Below are positions 24,959-28,322 of a stretch of 28,322 nucleotides of DNA, piece by piece (the first letter of the stretch is position 1; each line of letters opens with the position of its first letter). Where the stretch lies: positions 1 through 28,322 of the IMG/VR virus record IMGVR_UViG_3300016644_000029, one strand, 5' to 3'. The notes beneath the pieces were generated by a model that did not search any database, was not told the origin of the DNA, and saw only the letters and a list, made by a program, of their open reading frames with translations. Position numbers and translations under genes: made by a program. Source of the stretch: a virus. Taxonomy: Duplodnaviria > Caudoviricetes.

Positions 24959-26290
24959 ATGTCTTCTATTATAAGAATTAAACGCAGCGAAGTAGCAGGT
25001 AATCCAACTACACTAGGTGCGGGTGAGTTAGCTTACAGTGCACTTGCCGACAATGGTTCCAATGGCGGTGATCGCTTATATATCGGTATGGGAACCGAAA
25101 CCAGTGGCAATGCTGCAAACCATGTGGTAATTGGTGGTAAATTTTTCACTGACCAAATAACAGCAGCCACTAACAACAATACAGCCAGCACACTAGTAAA
25201 ACGTGATGCTAGCGGTAATTTTAGTGCAGGTACAATTACTGCGGCACTAAGTGGTAATGCAACAACTGCAAGTGCTTGGCAAACTGCACGTACCCTAAGT
25301 ATTACGGGTGACGCAACTTGGAGTATTAGTGTTAATGGAAGCGCAAATGCCAGTGCAGCCCTAACCCTAGCAAACAGTGGAGTTACCGCAGGCACTTACG
25401 GCAGCACAACAGCCATTCCAGTTATCACCGTTGATGCAAAAGGCCGTGTAACTGGCGTAAGTACTTCGACAATTAGTACTTCCTTATCAGTTTCTGATGG
25501 TACAAACACAGACAGTGTAGCTCTAGGGACCGATACCCTAGTATTTGAAGGCGGCACTGGTATTACCACCGCAGTAACAAATAATAAAGTTACCATAAGC
25601 CTGCCACAAGCAGTGGGTACTACAAGTGACGTTCAGTTTAATAATTTAGTACTTGGTGGTTACTTACGTGGACCCGCAAACTTTACAATCGATCCTGCTG
25701 CTTACGGCGACGATACAGGTACGGTTATTATTGCAGGTAACTTAACTGTTCAAGGTACAACTACTACAATCAATAGTAACACTATTGCGGTTGGTGACCT
25801 AAACGTAGTATTAGCCAAAGACGCCACAACGTCTGCACAAGCAAATGGTGGAGGTATTACACTTGCAGGTGCAAATGCTACCTTTACTTATACCAGCGCA
25901 GATGATCGCTGGAACTTAAACAAAGACTTAAACGTTGGTACTGTATACGGTGCACTAAGTGGTAACGCAGCCACAGCTACTAAGCTTGCAACTGCACGTA
26001 CAATAAGTGCTACAGGTGACGCAACTTGGAGTGTTAGTTTTGATGGCAGTGCCAATGCAACTGCTGCCCTAACACTTGCCTCTACAGCCGTTACCGCAGG
26101 TAGCTATGGTAGTTCTACTAGTGTTGCGACCTTTACAGTGGACGCCAAGGGTCGTTTAACTGCGGCAAGTAGCGTAGCAATTCCAACAGCTACAAGTTCA
26201 GTACTTGGTTTAGCAAAATTTGATACCACAAACTTCTCAGTTACTGCTGGTTTAGTAGCCATTGCTACTGTAGACGGCGGAACTTACTGA
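24959..26290 (+). CDS. Tail fibre protein
   Basis: SD AAGGAG; N-terminal IIRIKRS...GELAY; two GNA.TA....TART.S.TGDATWS...AG.YG...TVDAKGR repeats; ends VDGGTY. Confidence 0.85.
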   Translation: MSSIIRIKRSEVAGNPTTLGAGELAYSALADNGSNGGDRLYIGMGTETSGNAANHVVIGGKFFTDQITAATNNNTASTLVKRDASGNFSAGTITAALSGNATTASAWQTARTLSITGDATWSISVNGSANASAALTLANSGVTAGTYGSTTAIPVITVDAKGRVTGVSTSTISTSLSVSDGTNTDSVALGTDTLVFEGGTGITTAVTNNKVTISLPQAVGTTSDVQFNNLVLGGYLRGPANFTIDPAAYGDDTGTVIIAGNLTVQGTTTTINSNTIAVGDLNVVLAKDATTSAQANGGGITLAGANATFTYTSADDRWNLNKDLNVGTVYGALSGNAATATKLATARTISATGDATWSVSFDGSANATAALTLASTAVTAGSYGSSTSVATFTVDAKGRLTAASSVAIPTATSSVLGLAKFDTTNFSVTAGLVAIATVDGGTY

Positions 26291-26338
26291 TCGTAAAAGG
26301 CAAGTCTATACTTGTCTAAGCCTTTTTAGGAACAAGAT

Positions 26339-28322
26339 ATGTCTACCATTATACATAAGAAGTCCTCAGTCGCGGCAAAAGTGCCGCTGGCAGCGGACCT
26401 GCAGTTTGGCGAATTGGCCATAAATTACGAAGACGAAAAGCTATATTTTAAAAATAGTGCAGGGCAAGTAAAGTCCTGGAGCCGTAATAACGACGTATAC
26501 GCCAAAGCTACTGAAGCTATTCTAAAAGGGCAGCTTGTCATGTTTGCAGGTGCTCAAGGCGATCATATTCTTGTTTCTAAGGCTGACTTAAGTGCAGTTG
26601 GGTTTATAGATACTTGGATTGTGGGTGTTGCAAATCAAAACTTTGCCCAAAACGATTTTGGTGACATTACTTGGTTTGGTACTGTAGAAGGTATTGATAC
26701 AAGTATCTGGCCGATTGGAACAATCTTATACGCTTCTACTACCGTTGGCGGTTTAACTGCCACAAAACCAACTCAGCCAAGCCACATTATTCAGATTGCG
26801 GCAGTTACCAACTCTCACGCAACTCAAGGCTCACTAATAGTTCGCCCTACTTTTGGTATGCATCTTGGCGAGCTACACGATGTGTACGCACCCAGCCCTG
26901 CTAGTGGCGATACCATTATTTGGAATGCGACCACAAACCGCTGGGAAACTGGAACCGGTTCAGCAACCGACGCCACAAAGCTACCGCTAGCTGGTGGTAC
27001 AATGACTGGAGCTATTACTTTTGCCGCAGCTCAAACTTGGCCTACATTTAATCAAAACACAACTGGTAATGCTGCTACTGCAACAGCGCTACAAACAGCC
27101 AGAACTATTAACGGTGTTTCGTTTAATGGTACCGCAAACATTACAGTAGCAGACTCAACCAAACTGCCTTTAGCAGGTGGCACAATGACAGGCGCCATCA
27201 CATTTGCTGGAGCACAGACATGGCCAACATTTAACCAGAGCACGACCGGAAGCGCTGCTACTCTTACTACTGGTCGCACTATAGGCATGACAGGTGATGT
27301 AACCTGGACAAGTGCTAGTTTTAATGGTAGCGCAAACGTAACTGGTACGGCTACACTTGCTTCTGTTGGAACAGCAGGAACCTATACAAAAGTCACCACA
27401 GACGCAAAAGGTCGTGTAACAAGCGGAACCACCCTAGCTGCAACTGACATTCCAGACCTCACACTTGAAAAATTACCAGACGCGTGGATAAAGAGAAGTG
27501 TGAGAGCAGCAACAACCGCAAATATAACTCTATCCGGTGCACAAACTATTGACGGTATTGCGGTAGTTGCTGGCGATAGAGTTCTAGTTAAAGATCAGAC
27601 AACGGCAAGTCAAAATGGCATATATGTTGTTGCAGCTGGCGCTTGGGGCCGCGCAGCGGATGCAAACACCGCGGCTGAATTGGCCGGTGCGGTAGTGGCA
27701 GTCGATTCCGGTACTGCCAACGGCGGTCTTCACTTTGACACTGATTTTAAATCTACTGATACTCTAGATACTACTACTATGACATGGCTCAGAGTAGTAG
27801 ATATCGGTCTTGCAAGCAGCACGACCCCGGCAGTGGATGGAACTGCTGCGGTAGGGACTTCTATCAATTATGCTAGAGCTGATCACGTTCACCCGACTGA
27901 TACGACACGTTCCCCTCTTGCAGGATCTACTAGTCTTACAACTTTAGGTACAGTTACAACTGGAACATGGAATGCCACAATAATTTCTCCAACTTATGGA
28001 GGAACGGGCATCAACAATGGTACACGCACGCTAACAGTTAATACGAATAGCGGAACTTTAGCCTTCACTAATGCTGCTACTACCCTAACAGTTGCTAATA
28101 CCGCTTCTGTTTCTGGAACAAACACAGGTGATCAGACTATTACGCTTACTGGTGACGTAACTGGCAGCGGCACTGGATCATTTGCAACAACACTATCAAA
28201 TTCTGGAGTAACTGCTGGTACATATCCAAAGGTAACGGTTGATGCAAAGGGACGCGTAACAAGTGGAACCACCCTAGCTGCAACTGACATTCCAAGTCTG
28301 GATGCTTCAAAAATCACAAGTG
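26339..28322 (+). CDS. Long tail fibre protein, 3'-truncated (more than 660 aa; absent from the ORF track because it has no stop in the window)
   Basis: SD AGGA then ATG 26339: MSTIIHKKSSVAAKVPLAADLQFGELAINYEDEKLYFKN. Frame stays open with fibre motifs KLPLAGGTMTG (x2), TARTINGVSFNG, DAKGRVTSG (x2), VRAATTANITLSGAQTIDG...GDRVLVKDQ...QNGIY and YARADHVHP. Confidence 0.9.
   Translation, partial: MSTIIHKKSSVAAKVPLAADLQFGELAINYEDEKLYFKNSAGQVKSWSRNNDVYAKATEAILKGQLVMFAGAQGDHILVSKADLSAVGFIDTWIVGVANQNFAQNDFGDITWFGTVEGIDTSIWPIGTILYASTTVGGLTATKPTQPSHIIQIAAVTNSHATQGSLIVRPTFGMHLGELHDVYAPSPASGDTIIWNATTNRWETGTGSATDATKLPLAGGTMTGAITFAAAQTWPTFNQNTTGNAATATALQTARTINGVSFNGTANITVADSTKLPLAGGTMTGAITFAGAQTWPTFNQSTTGSAATLTTGRTIGMTGDVTWTSASFNGSANVTGTATLASVGTAGTYTKVTTDAKGRVTSGTTLAATDIPDLTLEKLPDAWIKRSVRAATTANITLSGAQTIDGIAVVAGDRVLVKDQTTASQNGIYVVAAGAWGRAADANTAAELAGAVVAVDSGTANGGLHFDTDFKSTDTLDTTTMTWLRVVDIGLASSTTPAVDGTAAVGTSINYARADHVHPTDTTRSPLAGSTSLTTLGTVTTGTWNATIISPTYGGTGINNGTRTLTVNTNSGTLAFTNAATTLTVANTASVSGTNTGDQTITLTGDVTGSGTGSFATTLSNSGVTAGTYPKVTVDAKGRVTSGTTLAATDIPSLDASKITS
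27425..28294 (+). repeat. Exact 30-bp direct repeat within the last fibre gene (27425-27454 and 28265-28294)
   Basis: GGAACCACCCTAGCTGCAACTGACATTCCA occurs twice, 840 bp apart and in frame. Confidence 0.9.

Noticed and set aside
1-28322. CRISPR array, tRNA/rRNA genes, integrase, introns/inteins, stop-codon reassignment
   Set aside because: No spaced repeats or cloverleafs seen by eye, core genes are uninterrupted, and genes tile densely under the standard code.

Overview
This window is the virion morphogenesis region of a lytic, long-tailed (siphovirus) phage with a T5-like (Demerecviridae-like) gene order. Almost everything is on the + strand: terminase large subunit (5'-truncated), HNH nuclease, portal, a fused prohead protease/scaffold/major capsid ORF, head and tail completion proteins, tail terminator, tail tube, two tail assembly chaperones joined by a -1 slippery site, a ~1530-aa tape measure, Dit-like and hub-like proteins, a 2317-aa tail tip fusion (NlpC/P60 + gpI-like + gpJ-like + FG-GAP propeller), and a separately promoted side-fibre cluster that runs off the 3' end. 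The one convincing minus-strand gene is a GIY-YIG nuclease with its own promoter. Several near-perfect sigma70 promoters and intrinsic terminators are visible. The most interesting signal is a covarying hairpin motif, CAG[A/C]TAAA[A/G]G[T/G]CTAG, 53-59 nt upstream of the tail tube start and of a hidden in-frame capsid start inside the protease-capsid fusion. This suggests a shared cis-element controlling the two most abundant virion proteins. Also notable: a T5-like/lambda-like chimeric tail and an apparent head-to-tail chain of fibre proteins. All family assignments come from motif recognition and synteny; no database searches were run.
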